64,000 nt of DNA, from the NCBI GenBank assembly GCA_024236055.1, contig JACKLF010000004.1, positions 3,576 through 67,575 of the forward strand, in the 5' to 3' direction. The translations under genes and the position numbers were made by a program. Below the pieces are notes generated by a model. It made no database searches, was not told the DNA's origin, and was given only the letters and a program-made list of their open reading frames with translations. Source of the DNA: Alphaproteobacteria bacterium (lineage in GTDB: Bacteria > Pseudomonadota > Alphaproteobacteria > Micropepsales > Micropepsaceae). Below are positions 42,542 to 52,586 of this stretch, piece by piece (the first letter of the stretch is position 1; every line of letters starts with the position of its first letter).

Positions 42542-43936
42542 ATGAAGGGCATGGGGACGGGTTCCCCGTTTGCGGATAGCCGCCAGGGATGGAACAGCCG
42601 GATCGCGCTGTGGTGCGCCGTGCTGCTGCTGGCGCCGCTGGTGCTGTGGCTTGCCGCGCGCAACGGCCTGGCCATTCCAGCACAGGTTCCGCGCGACCCC
42701 AATGAAGGCTGGAACGCCCTGCATGCCTTGAGGCTGATGGCGGGCGGGCCGCTCTACCCGCCGCCGCCCGCCCTGATGGTGAACAATTATCCACCCCTGT
42801 CCTTTTATGCCGTCGCCGCCATCACCCGCCTGACCGGCGACGCCATCATCGCCGGACGCCTGCTGTCATTTGTGTCTTATCTGGCGGGGTTGGGCGCGGT
42901 CCTGGCGCTGGCCGCGCGCATGGGCTGCGGCTGGCCCGCGCGACTTTTCGCGGCGCTGTTCCTGGCGGCCGTTTTGCTGGTCGCGTCCGACTATGTGGCG
43001 ATGGACGACCCGCAGCTTCTGGGCCATGCGCTGCAACTGGCCGGGCTGTTGCTGCTGCTGCGCGGGCGCGTGATCGCCGCCGCGCTGACGATGGTGCTGG
43101 GCCTCTACGTCAAACACAATCTGATCGCCCTGCCGCTGGCGGCGGGACTGTGGCTGCTCGCGCAGGACAGGCGCGCAGGCCTCACATTTATCGCTGCCAT
43201 GCTGGCATCGGGCCTTGCCGGCCTGGCGCTGTTTCGCTGGCAGTTCGGCACCAGCCTCTTGGCGCAGCTTGCCACCCCCCGCCTGTCATCGCTGGCGAAC
43301 ATGCGCGCCGCGCTGGGCGCGCTTGCCGCCTGGGCGGCGCTCCCGCTGCTGCTGGTCACGGGCCTGTTCCGGCCTGTGCGCACGCGCTTCGACAATCTGG
43401 TGCTGCTCTATCTCGCCGCCGCACTGGCGCTGGGCCTGGCCTTCTCGGCGGGCGACGGCGTGGATGCCAACATCTTTTTCGACGCCGCCATCGCTTTGTC
43501 GCTGGGCCTGGGCCTTGTGGTTCAGCGGCGCGGCTGGGCCGCGCCGCCACCGGCCCTGGCGCTGCTGTTGCTGTTCGGACTGACCGTGGAAGACAACGCC
43601 TTTGCCTTCGGTCCATCGCTGGCCGGACAATCGGCGCGCGACATCGCCTTCCTGCGCGCCCATTCCGGCCCCGCCGTCTGCCAGCAGATATCCCTGTGCC
43701 TGTGGGCAGGCGCGACACCGGCGGTCGATGTCTTCAATATCGGCGAAGCCTATCGCACCGGCGCGCGCGATCCCGCGCGCCTGGCGAAACAAATCGAAGC
43801 CCATCGCTTCGCGGTTCTGCAGCTTGGCAGCCCCGACGATCTGGGGCCACAGGTCCGCGCCGCGATCGCGCGCGCCTACCGGCTGGATCACGCCGACGAC
43901 AACGGCCTGTTCTGGCTGCCGCGAAACAAAGGCTGA
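42542..43936 (+). CDS. Polytopic membrane protein, probable GT-C fold glycosyltransferase
   Basis: Acidic loop DPNEG after TM1, NNYPPL, GRLLS, DDP, VKHN and many TM segments; start approximate. Confidence 0.6.
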   Translation: MKGMGTGSPFADSRQGWNSRIALWCAVLLLAPLVLWLAARNGLAIPAQVPRDPNEGWNALHALRLMAGGPLYPPPPALMVNNYPPLSFYAVAAITRLTGDAIIAGRLLSFVSYLAGLGAVLALAARMGCGWPARLFAALFLAAVLLVASDYVAMDDPQLLGHALQLAGLLLLLRGRVIAAALTMVLGLYVKHNLIALPLAAGLWLLAQDRRAGLTFIAAMLASGLAGLALFRWQFGTSLLAQLATPRLSSLANMRAALGALAAWAALPLLLVTGLFRPVRTRFDNLVLLYLAAALALGLAFSAGDGVDANIFFDAAIALSLGLGLVVQRRGWAAPPPALALLLLFGLTVEDNAFAFGPSLAGQSARDIAFLRAHSGPAVCQQISLCLWAGATPAVDVFNIGEAYRTGARDPARLAKQIEAHRFAVLQLGSPDDLGPQVRAAIARAYRLDHADDNGLFWLPRNKG

Positions 43937-43938
43937 GC

Positions 43939-46900
43939 TCAGGCCCGCGCCTGCACCGTGCCGGTGCGCTCCAGCTTGCCCCAGCCGACGAAGGGCCCGC
44001 GCACCGCAGTCCATAGCGAGCGTACCACCACGTAATACATGATCTGGCGATAGCCGAAGCGCTGCAGCACCAGCCAGCCCAGCAGGCTCCAGTCCTCATC
44101 CTTTTCCATCACGAACCCCGCCGCCGCCGCCAGCAGGTCGACCACCACGAAGATCAGATAATAGACGGCAACGATCACCAGGCTGCCGCTGTTGAACTCG
44201 CTGCCATGCTGGCTCCAGGCGATCCACTGGCCGACAAGCTGCCACACCAGCAGCAGGTCGGCGAAGGGCGCCAGCGTGGTCAGCAGGATCTGGAACAGCC
44301 AGACCTGCGGCAACGCCACCATGCCCAGCTCGCCATAACGCGGGTTGAAGGTGATGCGGCGATACTTCCACAAGCATTGCAGCGTGCCATAGGCCCAGCG
44401 GAAGCGCTGCTTGGCCAGACCGCGCACCGTGGTGGGCGCCTCGGTCCAGGCGACGGCGGTGGAATCGAACACCACCCGATAGCCGGCGGTCTGGATGGCG
44501 ATGGTCAGGTCCTGGTCCTCGGCCAGCGTGTCGGCGGGAAAGCCGCCCAATGTCTTCAGCACATCACGGCGCCAGGCGCCCACCGCGCCGGGCACCACCG
44601 TCAGCGTGTCCAGCGCCGACAGCGCCCGCCGCTCCAGGTTCTGCGCCACGACATATTCCAGCGCCTGCCAGCGGGTGATCATGTTGACCCGGTTGCCCAC
44701 CTTGGCGTTGCCCGCCACCGCACCGATCGCCGGATCGGCGAACCAGCGCACCAGCCGGCTGATGGTGGCGGCCTCGAACTGGGTATCGGCGTCCAGCGCC
44801 ACCACGATGTCGTGGCGCGCCGCTTCCAGGCCGATATTCAGCGCGCCGGCCTTGCCGCTGTTGGGGATCGACAGCACCGACACGCGCGGGTCGGCGGAGA
44901 AATGGCTGCGCGCGATATAAGCGGTGTGATCGGACGAACCGTCATCGATCACCAGCACCTCCAGCGCGGCATGATCGCTGGCCAGGATTCGTTCGATCGT
45001 GGAGACGATGACCTTGGCCTCGTTGAAGGCGGGGATCAGCACCGTCACGCCGCAGGCTTTTTCCATGGCGGGCGGCGGCGCGCGATGATGCGCCCTGTTC
45101 CACAGCGCCAGGCCCACCAGCATCAGCAGCCGCCCCACCCCCAGCACGATCGCGCCCAGGAAGCACCAATAGAGAATCTGCGATATCCAGGAGATGGTCA
45201 GGAACACCAGCCGGTCGGCATAAAGGCTGGCGGTCAGCGGCAGGCGCGGCATCACCGCATCGCGCGAAAAGCCCGCCAGGGTGGACACCGGCACGAAGCG
45301 ATAGCCGCGCGCGCGCATCTGGTCGATCAGCTGCGGCAGCAGGGCCACGGTCTGGGCGCGATCGCCGCCGGAGTCGTGCATCAGGATGATGTTGCCGCTG
45401 AGGTCGGGATTGGGATTGTTCACCGCCTTGAGCACATTCTTCATCATCGTCGTCACACCCGGCTTCTGCCAGTCCAGCGTGTCGACATGGGTGCCCACCG
45501 TGACATAGCCCAGCGTCTGGGCGATCTCGACCGGCACGATCTCTTCGGCGTCGCTGGGTTCGGCATCGGCCAGATAGGGCGGGCGCAGCATCCGCAGGGA
45601 ACGGCCGGTCAGCGCCTCGAACAGACGCTGGGTGGCGTTCAGCTCCAGCCGCACCGCGGCGGGCGGCGTGTCGGCCAGATTGGGATGGGTGAATGTGTGG
45701 CTGCCGATTTCATGGCCATCCGCCAGCACCTTCTGCACCAGGCCGGGATTGGCCTCCATGTTCGCGCCGATCATGAAGAAGGTCGCCGGCACATGCTTGG
45801 CCTTCAGGATCGCCAGAATCTGCGGCGTCCATTCCGGATCGGGCCCGTCATCGAAGGTCAGCGCCAGCAGCTTCGGTTTGGCGCCCACCCGGCGGATCAC
45901 ATAGTTGGTCGGCAGGTCGACATAGCGTTCGTCGTCGATGTCGCCGGTGGCCTTGTCGATGTCCAGCTTGCGCAGGCCCAGCGTGGGATCGGCCTCCACC
46001 GTCAGCACTTCGCCTTCGCCGTCGAAATCGACATCGTCATTCGTCGGGATATGCGCCAGCGAGGCGGGCGCGGGCGCGCCGTAGCTGCGGCCCAGCAGCG
46101 GCAGGATCGAGGGGTCCTCGCCACCCAGCTTCCACAGCGCATAGCCCGCCGGCTGGTAGGGATCGGCGGCATGGATCTGGTTGAAGGCGGTCACGCCGTC
46201 CAGGAACCAGACCTGGTGATCGCTGCCGTCGCTGTCGCGATAGGCGAAATGCGGATTGTTGCTGTCGGGATCGAAACGGATCTGCGCGCCGGAATCGCGG
46301 GCATAGACCATCGACTGGGCGAAGCTGGTATTGTCGGCGGGCCCGGCGCCCGACCAGTCATAGGCATAGGAACCCAGCGCCACGATGGTGGAGGCGGGAT
46401 CGAGCACCTTCATGCGCGTATCCAGCGTCTTTTCGAACCAGTCCTGACCGGCGATCGCGCCGGGCGGATCGCTCTGGTCATTCTGGTCATAGGCCATCAG
46501 CACCGTGTAATCGACGATGTCGGCATAGGCCTGGTAGGGCCAGGCGGCATCGTCGAAGGGCGCGGCCTGGGCGATGATCCAGCCATGGGGCGCGAAGGCC
46601 GCCGACAGTTCCTTCAGGAAAAGGCCCTGGTCGGCATAGGCGCCCGGCGGCACCGTCTCGAAGTCCACCATCACGCCCTGCAGCCGGTACTGCGTCAGGA
46701 AGGCGGTGATCGACCGGATCAGCCCGGCGCGGCGCGCCGGATCGGCCAGCAGCGCGGCCAGCCCCGGCCCGTTCCATTGGCCGTTCTGCGCGTTCTGGAT
46801 CATGGGCAGGATCGCCACGCCCGGCTTGTGGGTGCGGATATAGCGCAGCGCCTTGCTGTCCAGCGTGACCTTCAGCGCTTCATCGGGGCCCGTCAGGGTC

Positions 46901-47364
46901 AGCCAGCTGGGCACCACCCAGTCGAGATATTTCAGCGAGCGGCGCAGCGCCGGCCAGCTTGGATCGTCGCGCCCGGCCCAGTTGGTATAAAAGCCGATGG
47001 CCAGGCTGCGGCCCTTCTGGGGCTGCACGATCCGGGGCAGCACATGGCTGGACTGGTCGCGGGCATGGCGGCGGCGGGCGGCATTGTCGGCCCGGCGGTG
47101 GCGCGCCTGGGCCGCCAGCCGTTCGGCCCGGGCCAGAAGGCCGGGCTTTTCGGCATGGCCCACCAGGTTGCGGGCGGTGTCATGGGCCGCCAGCGCCATG
47201 GGCCGGCCGGGCAGTTGCAGGCCCGCCAGCGGCGGCGCCAGGACCAGGCTGGCGGCAAAGCCGGTCAGCAGGACCGCTGTGGCAATGCCCACAATCCAGG
47301 CAAGCCAGCGGATACGGGCGGCGCGGCGCCCGGAGGCATCGAAGAAGATCGGCTGATTGGCCAC
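43939..47364 (-). CDS. Trifunctional GH18-like / CE4 deacetylase / processive GT2 synthase fusion
   Basis: GVMVDFE and LMAYD (GH18); TFDDGP, HTFTH, RPPY, LMHD (CE4); DDGS, DAD, AED, QRFRW (GT2); GTG start VANQPIFFD. Confidence 0.9.
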   Translation of the reverse strand: MANQPIFFDASGRRAARIRWLAWIVGIATAVLLTGFAASLVLAPPLAGLQLPGRPMALAAHDTARNLVGHAEKPGLLARAERLAAQARHRRADNAARRRHARDQSSHVLPRIVQPQKGRSLAIGFYTNWAGRDDPSWPALRRSLKYLDWVVPSWLTLTGPDEALKVTLDSKALRYIRTHKPGVAILPMIQNAQNGQWNGPGLAALLADPARRAGLIRSITAFLTQYRLQGVMVDFETVPPGAYADQGLFLKELSAAFAPHGWIIAQAAPFDDAAWPYQAYADIVDYTVLMAYDQNDQSDPPGAIAGQDWFEKTLDTRMKVLDPASTIVALGSYAYDWSGAGPADNTSFAQSMVYARDSGAQIRFDPDSNNPHFAYRDSDGSDHQVWFLDGVTAFNQIHAADPYQPAGYALWKLGGEDPSILPLLGRSYGAPAPASLAHIPTNDDVDFDGEGEVLTVEADPTLGLRKLDIDKATGDIDDERYVDLPTNYVIRRVGAKPKLLALTFDDGPDPEWTPQILAILKAKHVPATFFMIGANMEANPGLVQKVLADGHEIGSHTFTHPNLADTPPAAVRLELNATQRLFEALTGRSLRMLRPPYLADAEPSDAEEIVPVEIAQTLGYVTVGTHVDTLDWQKPGVTTMMKNVLKAVNNPNPDLSGNIILMHDSGGDRAQTVALLPQLIDQMRARGYRFVPVSTLAGFSRDAVMPRLPLTASLYADRLVFLTISWISQILYWCFLGAIVLGVGRLLMLVGLALWNRAHHRAPPPAMEKACGVTVLIPAFNEAKVIVSTIERILASDHAALEVLVIDDGSSDHTAYIARSHFSADPRVSVLSIPNSGKAGALNIGLEAARHDIVVALDADTQFEAATISRLVRWFADPAIGAVAGNAKVGNRVNMITRWQALEYVVAQNLERRALSALDTLTVVPGAVGAWRRDVLKTLGGFPADTLAEDQDLTIAIQTAGYRVVFDSTAVAWTEAPTTVRGLAKQRFRWAYGTLQCLWKYRRITFNPRYGELGMVALPQVWLFQILLTTLAPFADLLLVWQLVGQWIAWSQHGSEFNSGSLVIVAVYYLIFVVVDLLAAAAGFVMEKDEDWSLLGWLVLQRFGYRQIMYYVVVRSLWTAVRGPFVGWGKLERTGTVQARA

Positions 47365-47555
47365 CCAGGGACCGCGCAAAACACAGCGCTGCATACAATG
47401 GCGCCGATGCGGACAAAAGTGAGACTTAAGCAAGACTGGACGGCGGCGGCGCCCGCGTCATGGGGTCGCCGCGGGACTATTGTGGCCCCCGGGGTTGCGG
47501 GCGCGCCGACCCTTCATGCTATCAGGGTTGGGAAGTCTGATTCCGGCGGGGCGAC

Positions 47556-47921
47556 GTGCACGTTTACAATTGTTCGAAGTGTCCAGGTTATTGCTGTTCC
47601 TATCCCCTGATCCAGTTGAACAAGCGGGACGTGGAGCGCCTGGCGCGCCATTTCGGCCTCAGCTTTGAAGCGGCGCGCAAGAAGTTCACCCGCACCGATC
47701 CCGAAGCCAAGTATGCGATGCGCCGCAAGGACGATCCCCATTACGGCCGCATCTGCCAGTTCTTCGACACCGAGGCGCGGCGCTGCACCATCTATACGGC
47801 GCGTCCCACCATCTGCCGCGAATATCCCGGCTCCAAGAGCTGCGGCTATTACGAATTCCTGCTGGCCGAACGCAATTCGCAGGAAGATCCGGATCACGTC
47901 GCCACGACCTGGAACAAATAG
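47556..47921 (+). CDS. YkgJ-family cysteine-cluster protein
   Basis: CSKCPGYCC, CQFFD, CTIYTARPTICREYP. Confidence 0.85.
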   Translation: MHVYNCSKCPGYCCSYPLIQLNKRDVERLARHFGLSFEAARKKFTRTDPEAKYAMRRKDDPHYGRICQFFDTEARRCTIYTARPTICREYPGSKSCGYYEFLLAERNSQEDPDHVATTWNK

Positions 47922-47995
47922 CCCGCCGCTGCCCGCGCCACACGTTCCGCCCTGCTGTTTTGTGACAGCCGAATGGTGCACTGCACCGTCGCAAT

Positions 47996-48020
47996 AGCCT
48001 TGGCCCAAAGGCTTTTTTTT
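47996..48020 (+). terminator. Rho-independent terminator
   Basis: AGCCTT-GGCCCA-AAGGCT followed by a T run. Confidence 0.65.
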
Positions 48021-48209
48021 GCTCTAACGGTCGCACAAAAGCAGGGTTGGAGGGGACACTGTGGGCATCCGGGGCGCCGCGTTCGGCGCGCCGCCTTCAC
48101 CCGCAGCAGATTTTCCTGACGCCAATCCGATCCTGATGCCACGGCCGCCGCGCGGCTGGCGGCGCGCATTGCGACAAACACGGCCCAAGGCCGGACACGG
48201 AGGGGAAAT

Positions 48210-49820
48210 ATGTTTCATCAGCTTCTGACGCCGGTGTCGGACAGTTTGACCATGTCCTTCATCGTGGCGGCGCTGCCCATTGCGGTGGTGCTGCTGATGC
48301 TGGGCGTGCTCAAGCGCCCGGCCTGGCAGGCTTCGCTGGCCGGCCTAGCAACGGCGCTGGTGATCGCGCTGGCGGTCTGGCAGTTCCCCGCGGGACTGGC
48401 CATCTCCGCTGTCGCCAATGGCGTGACCTTCGCCCTGTGGCCGATCATGTGGATCGTGTTCGCGGCCCTGACCCTCTACAATGTCGCGGTCCAGTCGGGC
48501 CGGTTCGACGCCTTCCGCCGCTGGGTCCTGGAGCATCTGCCCAATGACCGGCGCATCGTGCTGATCGTCATCGGCTACGGCTTCGGCTCGCTCTTGGAAG
48601 GGGTGACCGGCTTCGGCGCCCCCGTGGCGATCTGCGCCTCGCTTCTGATCATGCTGGGCTTCGAGGCCACGGACGCGGTGGTCTATGCCCTTCTGTTCAA
48701 CACCGCCCCGGTCGCCTTCGGCTCGCTGGGCATTCCGATCACCACCCTGGCCGGCGTCACCGCCCTGCCCGCCGACTCGCTGGGCGCGATGGTGGGCCGC
48801 CAGCTTCCCATCTTCGCCTTCCTGCTGCCCTTCTATGTCATCGCCATGTATGGCGGGATCAAGTCGGTCAAGGCGATCTTCCCGGTGATCCTGGTGGCCG
48901 GCGGCACCTTTGCCGGCGTCCAGTTCATCACCTCCAACTTCGTCAACTACACCCTGACCGACGTGCTGTCGGCGCTGAGCTGCCTGCTGGTGACGGTGCT
49001 GTTCCTGCGGGTCTGGAAGCCGGCGCCCGATGCGCAATACGCCGTCGGCGTGGGTCCGTCGGACGAGATTCACACCGACCACGGCGCCATTCCGTCGTGG
49101 CAGGGCTGGCTGCCCTGGCTGATCATGTGCGCGGTCGTGATCCTGTGGACCATCTTCAAGGTCGCCGGCATGGGCCAGATGAACGTCGAATGGCCGGGCC
49201 TGCACAACCAGGTCTTCATCACCCTCTACGGCAAGCCCTATGCCGCGATCTGGAGCTTCCAGCCGCTGGCCACCGGCACCGCGGTTCTGGTGACGGCGAT
49301 CATCACCGCCTTCGCCCTGGGCCAGGGCGTTGCGGGCCTGCTGAAAGCCGCGGCCCTGGCGGCCAAGCAGATCATGCTGCCGACCCTGACGGTGGTGTGC
49401 ATCGTCGGCCTGGCCTTCCTGATGAACTATTCGGGCATGGCCTATACGCTGGGCCAGGGCGTGGCGGCGGCCGGCGTGCTGTTCCCGCTGCTCTCGGCCT
49501 TCCTGGGCTGGCTGGCGGTGTTCCTGTCGGGCTCGGACTCGTCGGGCAACGCGCTGTTCGGCAACCTGCAGGTCGTGGCGGCCCGCCAGCTGAACTTCGA
49601 TCCGGTTCTGATGGCGGCCACCAACTCGTCGGGCGGCGTGTTCGCCAAGATGATCTCGCCCCAGAACATCGCCACGGGCGTGGCCATCAGCGGGCTGCGC
49701 GGGCAGGAGGCCAAGATCTTCTCGCGCACCTTCATTCACTCCATCCTGCTGACCGTGCTTCTGGGCCTTCTGGTCTTCATGCAGCAGCATGCCTGGAGCT
49801 GGATGATCCCGCCCTATTAG
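48210..49820 (+). CDS. L-lactate/glycolate permease (LldP/GlcA family)
   Basis: LLEGVTGFGAPVA, NTAPVAFG, FLSGSDSSGNALFG, KMISPQN; upstream of glcB. Confidence 0.92.
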   Translation: MFHQLLTPVSDSLTMSFIVAALPIAVVLLMLGVLKRPAWQASLAGLATALVIALAVWQFPAGLAISAVANGVTFALWPIMWIVFAALTLYNVAVQSGRFDAFRRWVLEHLPNDRRIVLIVIGYGFGSLLEGVTGFGAPVAICASLLIMLGFEATDAVVYALLFNTAPVAFGSLGIPITTLAGVTALPADSLGAMVGRQLPIFAFLLPFYVIAMYGGIKSVKAIFPVILVAGGTFAGVQFITSNFVNYTLTDVLSALSCLLVTVLFLRVWKPAPDAQYAVGVGPSDEIHTDHGAIPSWQGWLPWLIMCAVVILWTIFKVAGMGQMNVEWPGLHNQVFITLYGKPYAAIWSFQPLATGTAVLVTAIITAFALGQGVAGLLKAAALAAKQIMLPTLTVVCIVGLAFLMNYSGMAYTLGQGVAAAGVLFPLLSAFLGWLAVFLSGSDSSGNALFGNLQVVAARQLNFDPVLMAATNSSGGVFAKMISPQNIATGVAISGLRGQEAKIFSRTFIHSILLTVLLGLLVFMQQHAWSWMIPPY

Positions 49821-49841
49821 GGCAGGCACCCATTCGCACAG

Positions 49842-49877
49842 CGAAAGGCCGGGCCGCGAGGTCCGGCCTTTTCGTTT
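49842..49877 (+). terminator. Hairpin/terminator between the permease and glcB
   Basis: GAAAGGCCGGGCC-GCGA-GGTCCGGCCTTTTC. Confidence 0.65.
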
Positions 49878-49927
49878 GCGGCCTGCGGCTTTAGGGTTCG
49901 CCCGCACAATATCGAAAGAGGCAGATC

Positions 49928-52051
49928 ATGGCGCAGCGCATCGAGGAACAGGGATTGAAAGTCGCGCCCGCGCTGCATGCCTTCATCACCAGGGAGGCGC
50001 TTCCGGGCTCCGGCGTGGACCCGCAAGCCTTCTGGAAGGGCTTTGCCGCCCTGGCCAACGGCCTGATGCCGCAGAACCGCACCCTTCTGGCGACACGCGA
50101 CCGCATCCAGAGCGCCATCGACGGCTGGCACAAGGCCCATCCCGCAAAGCCCATCGATGCGCCCGCCTATACCGCCTTCCTCAAAGAGATCGGCTATCTG
50201 GTGCCCGAAGGCCCCGATTTTGAAATCGGCACGCAAAAGGTCGATCCGGAAATCGCCACCATCGCCGGGCCCCAGCTTGTGGTGCCGCTGACCAATGCGC
50301 GCTTTGCCCTGAACGCGGTCAATGCGCGCTGGGGCAGCCTGTATGACGCGCTCTACGGTACCGACGCCATCGACCAGACCGGCGATCTGGCGCCCGGCAA
50401 AAGCTACAACCCCAAACGCGGCGAGAAAGTCATCGCCTTCGCCCGCGCCGCGCTGGATGTCGCCGCCCCGCTGGCATCGGGAAGCTGGGCTGACCCGGAC
50501 GGCTTTGCCATCAAGGATGGCGCGCTCGTTCCGGCGCTGAAAAACCCGGCGCAGCTGAAAGGCTGGCAGGGCGATGCGGGCACCCCTTCGCTGATCCTGC
50601 TGGAACAGAACGGGCTGCACATCGAAATCCATGTCGACCGCACCACGCCCATCGGCAAGACCGACAGGGCAGGCATCAGCGACGTGGTGCTGGAATCGGC
50701 CGTCACCACCATCATGGACTGCGAGGATTCGGTCGCGGTGGTCGATGCCGAGGACAAGGCCCATGCCTATCGCAACTGGATGGGGCTGATGACCGGCACA
50801 CTGTCGGCCAGCTTCGAGAAGGGCGGCAGGACCATCGAGCGGCGCGCCAATCCCGACCGGCAATACACCACGGCTTCGGGCACCCTGACCCTGCCCGGCC
50901 GCAGCCTGCTGTTCATCCGCAATGTCGGCCACCTGATGACATCCGATGCCATCCTGCTGCCGGACGGAAGCGAGATCGGCGAAGGCCTGATGGATGCGGT
51001 GGTCACCAGCCTGGTGGCGATGAAGGACAAGGGCCGCAACAGCCGCAAGGGCAGCATCTATATCGTCAAGCCCAAGATGCACGGCCCCGCCGAGGTCGCC
51101 TTCACCGACGCGCTGTTCAATGGCGTCGAAGACCTCCTGGGCCTGCCGCGCCACACCATCAAGATGGGCGTGATGGACGAGGAACGGCGCACCACCGTCA
51201 ACCTGAAGGAATGCATTCGCGCCGCCAAGGACCGCATCGTCTTCATCAACACCGGCTTTTTGGACCGCACGGGCGACGAGATGCACACGTCGATGCATGC
51301 CGGGGCGATGGTGCGCAAGGGCGACATGAAATCGGCCAAGTGGCTGGCGGCCTATGAGGACCAGAATGTCGATATCGGCCTGGCCTGCGGCTTCCAGGGC
51401 AAGGCCCAGATCGGCAAGGGCATGTGGGCGATGCCCGACCGCATGGCCGACATGCTGAAGGCCAAGATCGGCCACCCGATGGCGGGGGCAAGCTGCGCCT
51501 GGGTGCCCTCGCCCACCGCCGCGACGCTGCACGCATTGCACTATCACCAGGTCAGCGTGAAGGCGCGGCAGGACGAACTGAAATCGCGCCCGCGCGCCAG
51601 CCTGGCCGACATCCTGACCATTCCGCTGGCCGACCGCCCCAACTGGTCGCCCGATGAGGTGCAGCAGGAACTGGACAACAACGCCCAGGGCATTCTGGGC
51701 TATGTCGTGCGCTGGGTGGACCAGGGCGTGGGCTGTTCCAAGGTGCCCGACATTCACGATGTTGGGTTGATGGAAGACCGCGCCACGCTGCGCATCTCCA
51801 GCCAGCACATGGCCAACTGGCTGCTGCATGGCATCGCCACCGGCGATCAGGTGATGGACACATTCAGGCGCATGGCCGCGGTGGTCGATGGACAGAATGC
51901 CGGCGATCCGCTTTACCAGCCCATGGCGCCGGGCTTTGACGGCATCGCCTTCCAGGCGGCCTGCAACCTGGTGTTCAAGGGCAAGGAGCAGCCGTCCGGC
52001 TATACCGAGCCCTTGCTCCATGCCGCGCGCCGCGCCCTGAAAGGCGAATAA
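49928..52051 (+). CDS. glcB: Malate synthase G
   Basis: [59 protein letters not shown]. Confidence 0.97.
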   Translation: MAQRIEEQGLKVAPALHAFITREALPGSGVDPQAFWKGFAALANGLMPQNRTLLATRDRIQSAIDGWHKAHPAKPIDAPAYTAFLKEIGYLVPEGPDFEIGTQKVDPEIATIAGPQLVVPLTNARFALNAVNARWGSLYDALYGTDAIDQTGDLAPGKSYNPKRGEKVIAFARAALDVAAPLASGSWADPDGFAIKDGALVPALKNPAQLKGWQGDAGTPSLILLEQNGLHIEIHVDRTTPIGKTDRAGISDVVLESAVTTIMDCEDSVAVVDAEDKAHAYRNWMGLMTGTLSASFEKGGRTIERRANPDRQYTTASGTLTLPGRSLLFIRNVGHLMTSDAILLPDGSEIGEGLMDAVVTSLVAMKDKGRNSRKGSIYIVKPKMHGPAEVAFTDALFNGVEDLLGLPRHTIKMGVMDEERRTTVNLKECIRAAKDRIVFINTGFLDRTGDEMHTSMHAGAMVRKGDMKSAKWLAAYEDQNVDIGLACGFQGKAQIGKGMWAMPDRMADMLKAKIGHPMAGASCAWVPSPTAATLHALHYHQVSVKARQDELKSRPRASLADILTIPLADRPNWSPDEVQQELDNNAQGILGYVVRWVDQGVGCSKVPDIHDVGLMEDRATLRISSQHMANWLLHGIATGDQVMDTFRRMAAVVDGQNAGDPLYQPMAPGFDGIAFQAACNLVFKGKEQPSGYTEPLLHAARRALKGE

Positions 52052-52060
52052 GCAGGGCGA

Positions 52061-52411
52061 ATGAGCGAGCTTGAATCCCGGCTGGCGGTCTATGGCACGC
52101 TGGCGCCCGGCCGTTCCAACGCCCATATCCTGGCGCCGCTGAAAGGCACATGGCGGGCGGGCACGGTGCGCGGGCGCCTGCACCCGGAAGGCTGGGGCAT
52201 GACCGAAGGCTATCCGGCCATCATCCTGGACGATGCGGGCGATGACGTTGCGGTGCAGCTTTTTGAATCCGCCGATCTTCCCGCGCACTGGCCGCGGATC
52301 GACGATTTCGAGGGCGATGGCTATCGGCGCGTGCCGGTGGCGGTGACCGTTTCGGGCGAAACGCTCACCGCCTATATCTATGCGCTGGCCACTGAGAGGC
52401 CGGCCTCTTAA
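52061..52411 (+). CDS. Gamma-glutamylcyclotransferase (AIG2-like) family protein
   Basis: VYGTL, GYPA, IDDFEG..YRR, AYIY. Confidence 0.85.
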   Translation: MSELESRLAVYGTLAPGRSNAHILAPLKGTWRAGTVRGRLHPEGWGMTEGYPAIILDDAGDDVAVQLFESADLPAHWPRIDDFEGDGYRRVPVAVTVSGETLTAYIYALATERPAS

Positions 52412-52496
52412 ACGCTCTTGTTCAGCGCCTTCAGGATCGCATCCGTCATGGCGGTGGTACCGACCTTGGTCATGCCCGGCTGCATGATGTCGCCGG
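52408..52496 (-). repeat. Displaced duplicate of the leuB 3' end
   Basis: Encodes [28 protein letters not shown], against [28 protein letters not shown] at 52587-52675; 34-bp identical core. Confidence 0.92.
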
Positions 52497-52500
52497 GTGA

Positions 52501-52541
52501 GGCCGGAATAGTGAAAGGTCCAGTGGACCTTTCACCCGGCC
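52501..52541. repeat. Palindrome between the two leuB ends
   Basis: GGCCGG-AATA-GTGAAAGGTCCA-G-TGGACCTTTCAC-CCGGCC; 12-bp perfect inner arms. Confidence 0.85.
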
Positions 52542-52586
52542 GAACGCCGTAGCGGCGCGCGCCCAAGCGCGGCGCGAGGCACGGAC

